This document shows positions 50,428-62,315 of a DNA stretch of 64,000 bases, piece by piece. The notes beneath the pieces were generated by a model. The model was not told the DNA's origin and did not search any database. It worked only from the letters and a program-made list of their open reading frames with translations. How positions within the stretch are numbered: position 1 is the first letter of the stretch; every line of letters starts with the position of its first letter. The position numbers and the translations under genes are program-made. The DNA comes from Penicillus capitatus (taxonomy: Eukaryota; Plantae; Chlorophyta), in contig OZ287709.1 of the NCBI GenBank assembly GCA_965649825.1, positions 186,001 to 250,000 on the forward strand. Direction: 5' to 3'.

Positions 50428-51133
50428 ATGCAGGATGTTATGCTTATCAACATAAGTGTATTTTTTCTTTCTTTCTTTTTTACTTTGGACAACAGAATCG
50501 AAGAATCAGCAATGCAATTGGCACCGCTGCTGAGATGCATTCAGCGTTGTTGTCTGGGTGGGATTTCAATGATGCATCATTGAACGGTTCTTGCTTTTTC
50601 ACGCATTAGTATATCCGAAATGAAAGAGTCTGCATCAACATGCAAGGTCTTTCTCTAAACTGGGTGAATTCTTATTCCTGTCACATGCAACACTGTTGCT
50701 GCAGTCCATTTTTGCAGCACCTCTAATTCCAGAACTGGATTTCGTACAAACTTGATAGAACTGCGGTTATGCACCGGCGGCCTGGCAGCACACTAATGTT
50801 AAGGATGGAGAAATACAGTTGGTGTGACAAACGAGTTTACTTTGCGCGACGTTGACGAGACATCGATCTGCACAGATGCGTCTGCTAATGGTTCGTTGGA
50901 GCTTTGTGTGCATCTGCGTTCTCTACAGGTGCATGGAACGGGACAGCTGGCAGTTTTCGATCTTAGTCGACGATCCTCATTTTTTTATGATAATTGCGTC
51001 GTAGACGTCTTGATGACGACAAAAAAAGATATGCTGTGGTACCTACAGCAACCTAAGCGGAAGTTAACTGCATCGTGGACCCTAAACCAGTATACCTCAA
51101 ATACGGACCGCACATCCGTCCGAGCAGAGAAAA

Positions 51134-52829
51134 ATGTGGCGCGTCTACACGGCAATCCTCATCGCCCTTCTGGGTTCTTTTAACTTCGGTAAGGGCTTGC
51201 CGGTGGTTTTATGTTCGGTTTTTTCATGCGGCAGTGTTCGCAGGTATCGCACTCGTCATCGTCAATACGATGCTCGATAACCTGTCCGAGGATTTGACGT
51301 TCGAGAAAAACGTCGGAGGTGCCGCGGTCTCATCGATCTTCTACGTTGGTGCCATGCTCGGCGGACTCGTAGCTGGGTCATTCGAAAAAGCGAGCGGCAA
51401 ATTCGCGCAGCTGTGGATCGGCGTGTTGTACGCGTTCGGCAACATCATCGCCGGCCTCACCGCAGACCACAAGTTCTGTTGGGGAGGGCCGTTCGATGGA
51501 TGCGTTACCAGCATGCTGTTCGCGGCGCGCATTCTAACCGGATTTGCTTCGGGCCTCATGCTGGTCGTTTCGCCTAAGTACGACATGGCAGGAGAGACTT
51601 TTAGTTTTGATATTTGTGTGACCAGGTATCTGGCAACAGTCTCGCCTCCAGAGATACGAGGAACAATTGGAGCTTGCTCTCAGGTACGCCTTCTCTTATT
51701 CTATCTCACTCTTTCTCATCCATTGTCGCAGTTGGCCCAGACTATTGGTGTGTTCTTCGGGCTGCTGTTAGGCATTCCGTACGAGTTCGATGAGAGCTTT
51801 ATGATCGGAGAGTACGAGTGGTGGCGACTCATGTTTCTCTGCGTTTCGGTGCCGCCCATTGTTCAAGTAATCGACCTGTTGCGTGTCGCGCTTGTCTTAG
51901 ATTCTTTCATATAGTGTGCATTGACATTTCTTACATTTCCACTCTTTCGCCAGTCCATTGAAGAAGTGAGAAAGGACTTCAGCAACAAGATATCTAAAAG
52001 AGACATCGAGCTTCAGCCTACGACAGAACAGAACGAAACTGCTGCAGGTTCTCAGTCATCAGCAAACGAGGGTCCCCGCGAAACAAATGGGACATTGCCT
52101 GTTACAACAGACAAAAAACCGATTGAAAAACCGATGAAAAAACCGTTTCAAAAAAGACTTCCGTTCGTGACTGCATGGACAAGCTTCAAGAGACAGGTCA
52201 TTTTGGTATTCAATCCGAAGTATCGTCACTGTGTCATCCTGGGGATCGGTGTTCCAACAGTGGCCCGACTCTGCGGCGTTAACATACTGGCATCCTACAC
52301 GACGACGATCTTCGAAAATGCTGGAATGGATCGTGCCATCATCGGCAGTGCACTTTACGGTGCGAGCAGCATCATCAGCAGCTTCATTTCGGTTAGTCTC
52401 TTTGATAAGTTTCAGCGCAAGACCATGGCATATGCAAGTTTTTCTATCATGGCAGCCAGTTACTTGGGCCTGTCGCTGTCAGATTTAGCCGGATCCAGCG
52501 TCGCCGGTCCTTCTTCTGTGGTGTTCGCTATCATGTTTACCTTCGGTTTTCGCACAGCAAGCGGAATTCTGTATACCTCATATGCACCAGAAGTTGTTCC
52601 GTCCGAGATTGCTGGAATCGTCTTAGGATTCGGCCAATCGCTTTCATTGCTCGTATCTTTCACTCTGGTGTTGGCGTTTCCTTCCGTTCTTGACGCGATC
52701 GGGGCACTTGGGGCGTTCCTCATTCTTTTCAGCTTCTGCATTTTTTCATTGCTCTTCCTGAAGCTCTTTATGATCGAAACCAAAGGCCGAGAGTTGAGTG
52801 ACATTGCAAATGAGCTTGTTGGCGCTTGA
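51134..52829 (+). CDS. MFS sugar porter ST4 (close paralogue of ST1), 5 exons
   Basis: Nearly identical to ST1 in exons and introns; ends ELVGA-TGA where ST1 has TAG. Confidence 0.9.
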
Positions 52830-55800
52830 TAAGCGCGCAGCATTTTTACGAGATAAGTTACAAGAATGGTGGTATGGTAATGATTTCAGATTTTGTTTTT
52901 CTTGTTTCAAAGAGGTCGCAGTTTATTCAGCGTCAAAATCAGGAAGGTTTTTTGGGAGGTTCTATACTATTTCAAATCAGCAGGGTTCTCGAGCGACGAT
53001 GAACTCGAGCAGCACGGCAGATTTAGGATCAAATAAAGACTCCCATTTATTACATAACACGTTCTAACGCAGTTCCAGTCAATCGATCGATCCTTCGACA
53101 ACTAAAGAGATGGGCAGGGCTTAGTGGTTCGAAGAGAAGTTTTGGCCTTAATTAACGAGATGGTGGACTTAATGTACAGCTAACCTCCTGTCTAGAATGG
53201 CATTGTACAAGAATCCAAGGATGTCGATTTCTTGATGTGTATGGATAGTCCGATTGCCGAACATTTCATATGTCGAGGTCTTATCATTCAGATTGCAACC
53301 ATCAAAAGATGTGGTAGATCAAATCGCGTTGAAACATTTCGTTACGTGTCTTCGTTCAATCGCTCTGTGTCGAAGACTTTCGGCTTCAACGTTTTTTTTG
53401 TGTTTAGGCAAGCCAGTGGAAAAAAAGATGCTGGAGACGCCAGGTACCGTGATAGAGAACGAGCAACACGTTTATCTTTCGAATCTGAATGAACAGGATA
53501 ACTTAGTGAGCGACTTCTAAGAGTACGAAGACCAAGGTCTCTCTTTTCTATACGTAGTCCGTTCAAGACTTTGCTGAACAGATAGAAAGCTTCGATCAAA
53601 TCTCACAAACTTCAAAACTTCAGACCAACGGCTCGAGAACTTCGCGAGTAAGAAGGAATGCGCTTGACATCCGGAGGTGAACAGACTTGCCACACTTTCT
53701 GTTGCGTTTGCATTGGGTCTAAGTACTTTGTTCGTGCTTGAAGACAAAGATGTGTCGTGACAAGACATGCATCTTTCGCCAATTCCTCTAATCCATCGAC
53801 CTTGGATAATGTAACCAAGGTTTGTTGTCGCTGTGCACGAGATTGCCGTGTTTTGTCGTCAATCCAGCCAAACAACCATTGATAAGAAGAAACCGTCGTT
53901 GATCTTGATTCCTCCGCTTTATTTAAGACATCTTTAGTCAGCTGTCTCTTGGGCATTAGCAGAGACGGGACCAAACTTGCTCCATTATGCATTTTCAAGA
54001 GGAAGAAGACAACGAACATCCTCACTTGCAGACGATTTGGCTCTATCGAATCAGACAAAGCATGGTGTACACAAGAAGTAAGTACCCCCAGAAAATAAAT
54101 CCATGAACCTTCACAGTACTCTCTAGAAGTGCAAAAAAGTAGGTGGATTTGGGACTCGTTACGTGCGAAGTTCGACGACCGATAGGACGTGAATAACACT
54201 GCGAGTTACAAGTCAAAGTCGCCCGCAACGCTCTGCTGTTGCACGAATGGTCGTCAGTAACGTTCGACCACGCTGGCCGACGTTCACAATGCGTGACCAT
54301 GTTCTTCACCCTCAACGCAAACTCTAGATTCTTGCTCCTCTCGTTACTATGTTTTCCGTTCGTTTTGCGTTCTCAGCCTTCACGTTCAAGAAATCCGTAT
54401 TCTGACTCGGCTCTGGAGTTTCTTAGTTTCATTCCGCCATGTAAGCCGGTTCCCTAACGTTTCTTTCCGACTCCGCGGTGACTCCACGTTGTGTCGCGTT
54501 GGCTGCCGATAACGTCGCTTTGCTTTTTCGCGGTTTCCGTCCATCGTCTGATTTTGTGCTTCTTGTGTGCCACCTTGAAGTTTGCTATAAGAAGTCGACA
54601 GTCTCTGCGTCTGGCAGATCGAAATCACTATTGTACACGCCGTCACCAAAACCTCGAGTGTGCAAATCCTCGCTTCTTTGTCAGTCTTCCCAATGACTCG
54701 GCGTTTGCGAATGACGTTGACGTCTATTTTGTCTCGTTCACGAACTCATCTTGCCCTAACGCAATCAAGTAAAAAGATATCTGAACGGGATTCGCGCTAC
54801 CATATCACAATGGCCACGTCGTACAACACGTCCGTCTTGAGACCACTTCGACTCCTTCGTACTCTAACTGGAACGCACTCCAGATGAAACTTGAGAACAC
54901 GAGGTACTTTACAGGGGAACGCTGTCGTTGTGTGCATCCAGTGGTTAAGGAATCACAACCTTAGCCTCTAACAGTCAAGAAGTACAAGCGATTTTTTAAG
55001 CAACCGCTCTAGTGTTATTAGGAAGTTACGAGAATGCTATCCACTAGTCGCTCTCGATGGGTCATGAGGTGTCTTGGTGGTTATTTGGCCCGCAGCAGTC
55101 ACAATGGTTGTGCGCTCGCCGCTGGCATACGAACCTCGCACAATTACTTCTGATCTTTTGAGGAACGGATGACTCACCTGTTGTGTGTAGTCATGTCGCG
55201 ATTATCGTATAAATCTGTGAAGTTGAACTTGATAATAACCTTGTTCTGTAAACGTAAAGCCTTCCGCTGTGTTCGATCGTTTAGCGCGGTTCCTCCCGCA
55301 TGACAGTAATGGCATGCCTTGGGACATCACAAAAAGATGAGTGATTAAGTGCGATACCAAAATGCACATCACAAATGCCACGCCGAAGCCAGACGAACGC
55401 GCGCTAACGAGCGCAAAAAAGAACGGCGACAAATTCGTATCGCTTACAAAGACTGTCAGATCGTTCGTGAACTGGAATTTATCATGGTAGAACGAAGTAA
55501 CAGGTCCCTTCTGACATATTAATATCCTTCTCCGCCTCTCCTTGGTCAGCTGCGCGAAGCTGAGCACAATGCTAACACGACACAATCACTTTGTAAGAAT
55601 GCTAAAGCCATCCACGTTGTTCAAAAGTTGCATCTTCTGCGGTGTTGGATTCAAACATTGTGCCTTCGATTCTTAGTTCCTTCTTTTTTGACGCCAACGT
55701 GAAAAGCGTTTCAGGTCTTGGCACAAAAGCAATGTCCTTCTCTGGCAAACAAAAGTCGTCTACTACAAACAATAGGGGCGAGCGACTACGGGTACGAAGC

Positions 55801-56354
55801 CATCGATGTTCGAAACGCTATTTGCCTTACCTGTTTACCAACTACTAACCACGTGTCGAACAGCGAGCCAGGTCAAACATCTCTAGAACTTTGCGAAAAT
55901 ACAGTGAGAGATTCTGTCCAATGGAAATTATGAGTTTAAACACTTGGTTGAGCGCTTATTGAAACTTTCACAATACAGAAGCATATAGGATCACCTACCC
56001 TCCTACGGACATGTCTTTGGCTTTTAGTGTTTACTACACCAGCAGAAAGGCGAGTGGGCCTCTTGACCTTCGTGTTTCATAAATAGGTCGTGGCGGCGAC
56101 AGTTACTTATGTCGCAATACGAAACGAGGAACAAACTAATGCAGAAACCTCATCGTTGAAAAGACGGACGTGGCGGCCTCAACGAAGAGCATCGAAACGT
56201 ACCAGTTCTAGTAACGTCATGTTGCAAGAGATGCCCAAGCGCGACATCTGTTACATCATGAGCTCAGGTCCATTTAACCTCAAATAAAAGGCGATGTGAC
56301 ACGGAACAGAGTATACCTGATTTCATCCGCAAACGTCCTTTTCGCGTTCAACAG

Positions 56355-58019
56355 ATGTGGCGCGTATGGACAGCGATTGTTGTTGCTCTCCTCGGCCCGT
56401 TGAGTTACGGTATAACCTACCGCAACAGCTGCGGGACAAATACGATGTTGACGTTTGAAGGAGTGGGTCTCGTTATCGTCAACACCATGCTCAAAACCAT
56501 GTCTGAAGACCTCGGGTTTGACGAGAACGTTGGCGGTGCTGTGGCCACATCTGTCTTCTACATCGGCGCCATGGTTGCTGGACTCGTGACCGGTCCATTC
56601 GAAAAAGCGAGCGGCAAATTTGCGCAGCTGTGGATCGGCGCATTCTATGCGTTTGGCAACATACTCGCGGGTCTTACGACAGACCACAAGTTCTGTTGGG
56701 GAGGACCGTTTGATGGCTGCGTTGCCGATATGCTGTTTGCTGGACGCGTTCTAACCGGATTTGCGTCGGGTCTCATGCTGGTCGTCTCGCCAAAGTACGA
56801 CATCACAGGAGAGACTTTTTGTTTCCGATATCTCTACTGTCAGGTATCTGGCAGCAGTATCACCTCCAGAGATACGAGGTAGAATTGGAGCTTGCTCTCA
56901 GGTACGCCCCTCTCATGTTATTTAACTATTGCTCATCTATTACTCCAGCTGACCGTTGCGCTGGGAGTGTTTCTCGGGTTGTTGCTCGGTGTTCCATACG
57001 AGATTGACAAAAACCTCACAGCTGGATACGAGTGGTGGCGGTTCATGTTCCTTTTGGCTTCAGTACCACCCATTTTTCAGGTAACTAACCTGTCACCTGT
57101 CACATCCACCTGAATATTCTGTATCTAGATTATTATGACAGTTCCCACATTCCCGCTCTTTCATCAGTCACATCAAGAACTGAGAAAAAGTTTCAGCTCG
57201 AAGAAGTCTGTGCAATCCATCGAGTTTCAGCGGACGACAGAACAGAACGAAGGTGCGGCAGATTTGCATACATCTAGAAACAAGAGTTCTTGTGAAACAA
57301 ACGGGACGTTACCTGTTAATCCAAATGACACGAAGCTTCAAAAAAGTTCTTCGTTCATGACTGCATTGAACGATTTCAAGCAGCAGATCATTTTGGTCTT
57401 CGAACCAAGATATCGTCACTGCGTCATCCTGGGGGTTGGTGTTCCGACAGTGACACAGCTAAGTGGTATTGCTATACTGGCATCCTACACAACGATCATC
57501 TTTGAGAACGCTGGAATGGATCATGCCATCATTGCCAGCGCACTTTACGGTGTGAGTGCCATCATCGGCAGCTTCATTTCAGTCTGCCTTTTTGACAAGC
57601 TCGGACGAAAGACCATGGCGTACATTAGCCTTTCTGGCATGTCCATCAGCTACTTGGGTCTGGCGCTTTCGGATCTGGGCAGATCGAGTGTCTCCGGTCC
57701 CTTTTCAGTGATGTTTGCTATAACATGTTGTTTTACTTTTTGTATGGCGACTGGGACTCTCTGTGTTGCCTATGCACCGGAAGTGGTACCGCCTGAGATT
57801 GCTGGAGTCATCTTAGGATTTGGTCAATCTCTTTCATTGCTCGTTTCTTTTACTTTAGTATTGGCCTTCCCTTCGGTTCTCGACGCAGTCGGGGCACTGG
57901 GGGCATTCCTCATCCTATTCTTTTTCTGTGCATGTATTTTGCTCTTTCTCAAAGTCTACATGGTCGAAACAAAAGGCCGAGAATTGAATGATATCGTTAT
58001 AGAACTTGTGAAGGCGTAA
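56355..58019 (+). CDS. MFS sugar porter ST5, 5 exons
   Basis: MWRVWTAIVVALLGPLSY|G...CWGGPFDGC...WWRFMF...TQLSGIA...VETKGRE. Confidence 0.9.
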
Positions 58020-58489
58020 AGAGAAGGATTTGTTTTCATCAGGCAACCTGGCAGTTTGATGCAATGTAGGGAAGGAACGACCGAACAGCTATCTTGGTTA
58101 CATACCAGAGGGAGGTTTGAGATGGGAAGATGTCACGAATTGTCTCATTCTTAATTGAATTGTTCATTGATCATCACAGTTCTAAACGGTGTCCTCTGCG
58201 AATTCGCTCGATTTCCAAAACAAACGCTAGAGATCGAAGCCCGAACAGCCGAAAACAATGGTGTTGTCACAAGGCAGTTGCTGCCTTTCTCGGGAGTTTC
58301 GGCACCGCTGTCGCGTTGGCCGTCTTTCCTAGTCTGGATGACAGTTTTCGTCCTGTTGCATAGTAACGATGACCAATCCACATATTGCATCGAGGAATGT
58401 ATTCAGATGCTGTCTCATCTTCGGTTTCATTCCTCAGCCGGGATCCGTTTCGGGTATCATTATCCACCAACGCTTTTCGCCGTCAGCAA

Positions 58490-60162
58490 ATGTGGCGTGT
58501 ACGGACAGCGATCGTCGTTGCTCTGCTGGGTCCACTGAACTACGGTATAACCCTTGCGACGACTTCGGAACGAGCTCGATGTTGACGTTTGAAGGAATGG
58601 GGCTCGTCATCGTCAACACGATGCTCGAGCCCATGTCCGAAGACCTCGGGTTCGATAAGAACGTCGGCGGTGCAGTGGCCACGGCTGCTTTTTACGTTGG
58701 CGCCATTCTCGGCGGTTTTGTCATTGCCCCATTCGAAAAAGCAAGTGGCAAATTCGCGCAACTATGGATCGGCGCACTGTATGCACTCGGCAACATCCTT
58801 GCCGGTCTCACCACAGACCACAACCTGTGCTGGGGAGGACCGCTTGATGGGTGTGTTGCCAACATGTTAGTCGCCGGACGCGTTCTGACAGGATTCGCTT
58901 CAGGCCTCATGCTGGTCGTCTCGCCAAAGTACATTAGAGGTTGACATTTCTGTCCTGATGTCTAACGTATGAGATCAGGTATCTGGCAGAAGTGTCGCCT
59001 CCTGCCATACGTGGTGCTCTGGGATCATGTTCGGTGGTAAGCAGACAACACTGTTTCCTGTACCTTACCTCTCTCTTTGGCAGTTAGCGATCACTGTTGG
59101 GGCATTCATTGGTTTACTGCTCGGTATTGCATACGAAGTCGATGATGATTTCAAAGTGCGTTATGGATGGTGGAGACTCATGTTTCTTATCGCTTCCATA
59201 CCTCCGATTCTTCAAGTATGCAGCTCATCACACAATTTCATCTCCCTGATGTCCACATCCAGAGTCTGTTGTCTATCTTCACGTTTCCACTCTTCCATCA
59301 GCCTCAACAGGAACTGGGAAGGCTGTTGAGCTTACGCAAATCGTCGAAGACAATCGAGCTCCAGCCGACGGAAAGAAACGACGAAACGGAAGCCCATTCT
59401 CAACTGTCTGATCGCCGGAAGTCTGTAGAGGGAGTGACAACCCTTCCAGTGAAGAACGCAGATGCGGCGCTGACGTCTTCAAACCTTACTGGACAGTTTT
59501 CAGCTACATGGAATGATTTCAAGAGGCAAATTGCTCTAGCAGTGAAACCGCGTTACCGTCGTTCTGTTATCCTGGGAATTGGAGTCCCTGTCATCTGTCA
59601 GCTCGTCGGAATGAATGTACTGTCATCATATACAACGACTATATTTGAGGACTCGGGCGTGGATCAAGCAATCGTTGGGAGTTCAGTGGTTGGGCTTGCT
59701 TTTATCGTTGGCAGCGTCATTGCAATTGCGATATACGATAGATACAAACGCAAGAACTTGGCTTACATCAGTTTTTCTGGTATGGCTCTTAGCTACCTCG
59801 GCGTTGCTCTCTCATCCCTTGCCAAATCAAGTGTTTCTGGTCCCTTATCTGTCATTTTTATTATCAAATTTTCGTTGTCGTGCACATTGGCCTGTGGAAC
59901 GTTGAGTGTTGCTTATGCCCCGGAGGTGGTGCCTTCTGAAATTGCAAGTCTTGTATTGGGAATCGGTCAGTCTGCTGGGCTGTTTGTCACCTTTCTGCTG
60001 GTCCTCCTCTTTCCATCCGTTCTCGATGCCATTGGTGCACTGCTGTGCTTCTTAATCTTCTTTTCTTTTTGTGTCTTCTCTTTGATCTTTCTCAAGTTCT
60101 ACATGATCGAAACAAAAGGCAGAGAGCTCGCAGATATTATGGCCGAAGTTATCAAATCATAA
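58490..60162 (+). CDS. MFS sugar porter ST6, 5 exons
   Basis: MWRVRTAIVVALLGPLNY|G...CWGGPLDGC...WWRLMF...CQLVGMN...IETKGRE. Confidence 0.9.
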
Positions 60163-60609
60163 CCGTCATTGTTTTTTTTTTGTTTTCTGCAGAGATGCAA
60201 AACGAAGGAAGGTTGCATTCGTATCCATGTACTCCAAACAAATTCTGTGAGATAGTGCCTAGCCCATGTGCATTACAAAACATTCACAAACAGTCTGTCC
60301 ACTCCATAAAGAACGATCGGTCCATCGCCTTCGATCATCCACGAAATCCATAACCTATATATTACAAGATCACCGTATTTAACTTCTGCATCACGCCGTA
60401 CTTACATGTCTTCAGGCCACGCGGCACGCGACATGCTTCTCTTTTCTACCTGGATCGAACGAACGCATTTTGGCCAAACGACCGTCTGTCAAACAAAAAT
60501 GATCGGAAACAGCTAAATCGTGGTGATAGACTGGACGTCGCTCGTGGCTCCGTTCTGCTGTCGTCGCGTCTATTCTTCAGCTGTCATATCGGATCATTGG
60601 ATTGGCGGG

Positions 60610-61674
60610 ATGGCTGTGGTCTCTCCTGTCGGTTGGTCTCCTCCGTGCCTCTTCTTTTCTCAGTTCTTTTCTGTTGATCTCGTAGACTTCGATACGCTCA
60701 AGCGTCATTGCGTCGAGTTACCGCATTCAAGTGTCACGGCGTCGATCTGCTCTCTCACTAAAGTGGTTCTTGACAGAGGAGCGGATCGTGCTTTGTATCA
60801 GTGAAGATAATGATCTGTTTCGCCTGGACAGATACAGGGATACTCCCAGCTCTCTTCTCACATCCCATGGAGTGATCCAAGGTCAATTGCATCTATTAAA
60901 GGAACAGTAAGATTCTTCTCGTGTTGCTGTAGATGGCTCCATTTACTTCGTCACACCCGTTGACGTTTTGTTCCTGGTGCTGCCTTTGTTGGAGACAAAA
61001 GTCAAATGATCTTCGACTTGACACTAGCAATGATTTGCTCTATGTGTCTAGGGGCATGGAGAATACGTGAGTTTAGAGGAATGTATGGAATCCTGCGGAT
61101 TCGGGTTTCTAAAAGATCTGGTCGAGAAGTCAAGACGAGCGTTGGAACACATATGTGAATCCAGAACAGTCGAGGGCGTCATTCAGCACCGACTATCGGA
61201 ATCTGGGGTGACTTGCCGCAGAAGCAGGCCGAGTTTTGAACGGTGACATCTGGTCTAGGTGATTCAGTGGCTCCTTCTGAAACTCCAGACAACGATGCAG
61301 TGCCTCGAGCATCATCGAGTCAAGGACTTCCTGAGACAGTCGGAGTCTGGACGGATGCGCTACGCAGTGGGTCTAATGTTGGAATACCTGCCAGACGTCT
61401 GGCTATCGAAACTGATGGATTCACTGAAACTGGAGATGCCTAAGGGTGAGTGACCCACCGCAGTGCACGTGTTCTCAGCGGGTACGGTTTTTAGATGATC
61501 CCGTTCCCGCTCCCGTTTCAGATCCAGCGACTGGTTCCCACAAGACAGCCAAAGTAAAGCAATCGCATGCTCACGAAATCAGATGCGACTGAACAGATAC
61601 AGGGAGAGCTGACGAAAGAGGAAAAGCAAAAGAAAAGACGGGTGGTGAAGAGGACGCAAAAGAAGAAGGGTTGA
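60610..61674 (+). CDS. RNASEH2B: Ribonuclease H2 subunit B, about 7 short exons (largely missed by the ORF track)
   Basis: Spliced: CVELPHS|KERIVLCISEDNDLFRL...VIQ|DGSIYFVTPVDVLFLVLPLLETK|...LEHICE...|VIQWLLLKL...AVGLMLEYLPDVWLSKL. The DG.lY..TP.D.lF.lLP.L motif is characteristic of the Ydr279/RNase H2B family. Start and last exon tentative. Confidence 0.8.
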
Positions 61675-62315
61675 CATTCGGATGGCATCTCATTTACCAT
61701 CTCACTCAAACCTATTCGGTAAAGTATTGATAGATAGCACTGTCTTACTAGTCGTAAGTACTCGACAAATCTTCGCAGTCCACATACAGCTTCCTCAAGT
61801 TCATCGTCATTTCTCGGGGACGCGGCAGCGTGGCACAATGCTTACCAGCAGTCAAGTCCAATGATCAGCTAAACGTCGTGTGTCTAAAAACGCCACGTGT
61901 ACCGATGTCAGTCGCTTTCGTCTGCGCTTCGTTATGCGTCTTTGTGTTTATCCTCTCTGGTTTTTAACGCATAGCGCTAGTGTAGGGCAGTACACAGAAT
62001 GATTGCACTGAAGGCGTGGCGCATACGGATTCTGATCTGTCCTGTCGACGGCCACTTGAGTCGCTTCTGTCTCAAGGCAGTCGGATTGAATGCACGACCT
62101 ACAGCAAGAATGGGAAGGGACCATGTAGAGCAGTACAGCTTCATGGCCATTCAGCGCGAGTCCTTAAATTCAGACCTCTGTACGCAGACCGTTTCCAATT
62201 TGTGTCTCGCTTGGCGTGCTAGACAGTCGAGCGCCGTATTGGAGCGTCTGTACTCCTTTAACGTCTAGGCGATTGCCTCATTCCATCAGCCGGGCATACT
62301 TCCCACTTGTGAACG

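Larger units (their letters stand above)
47759..54800. repeat. Segmental duplication copy B (contains ST3 and ST4)
   Basis: Shares aaggtcaagagttg..., gacgataagaatggtgg..., gatcttagtcga...tttatgataattgcgtcgt, the ST gene and about 2 kb of downstream sequence with 9483-14660. Confidence 0.85.

Noticed and set aside
55202-55585. 127-aa hydrophobic minus-strand ORF between ST4 and ST5
   Set aside because: GTG start, no family motif, no splice or poly(A) support.
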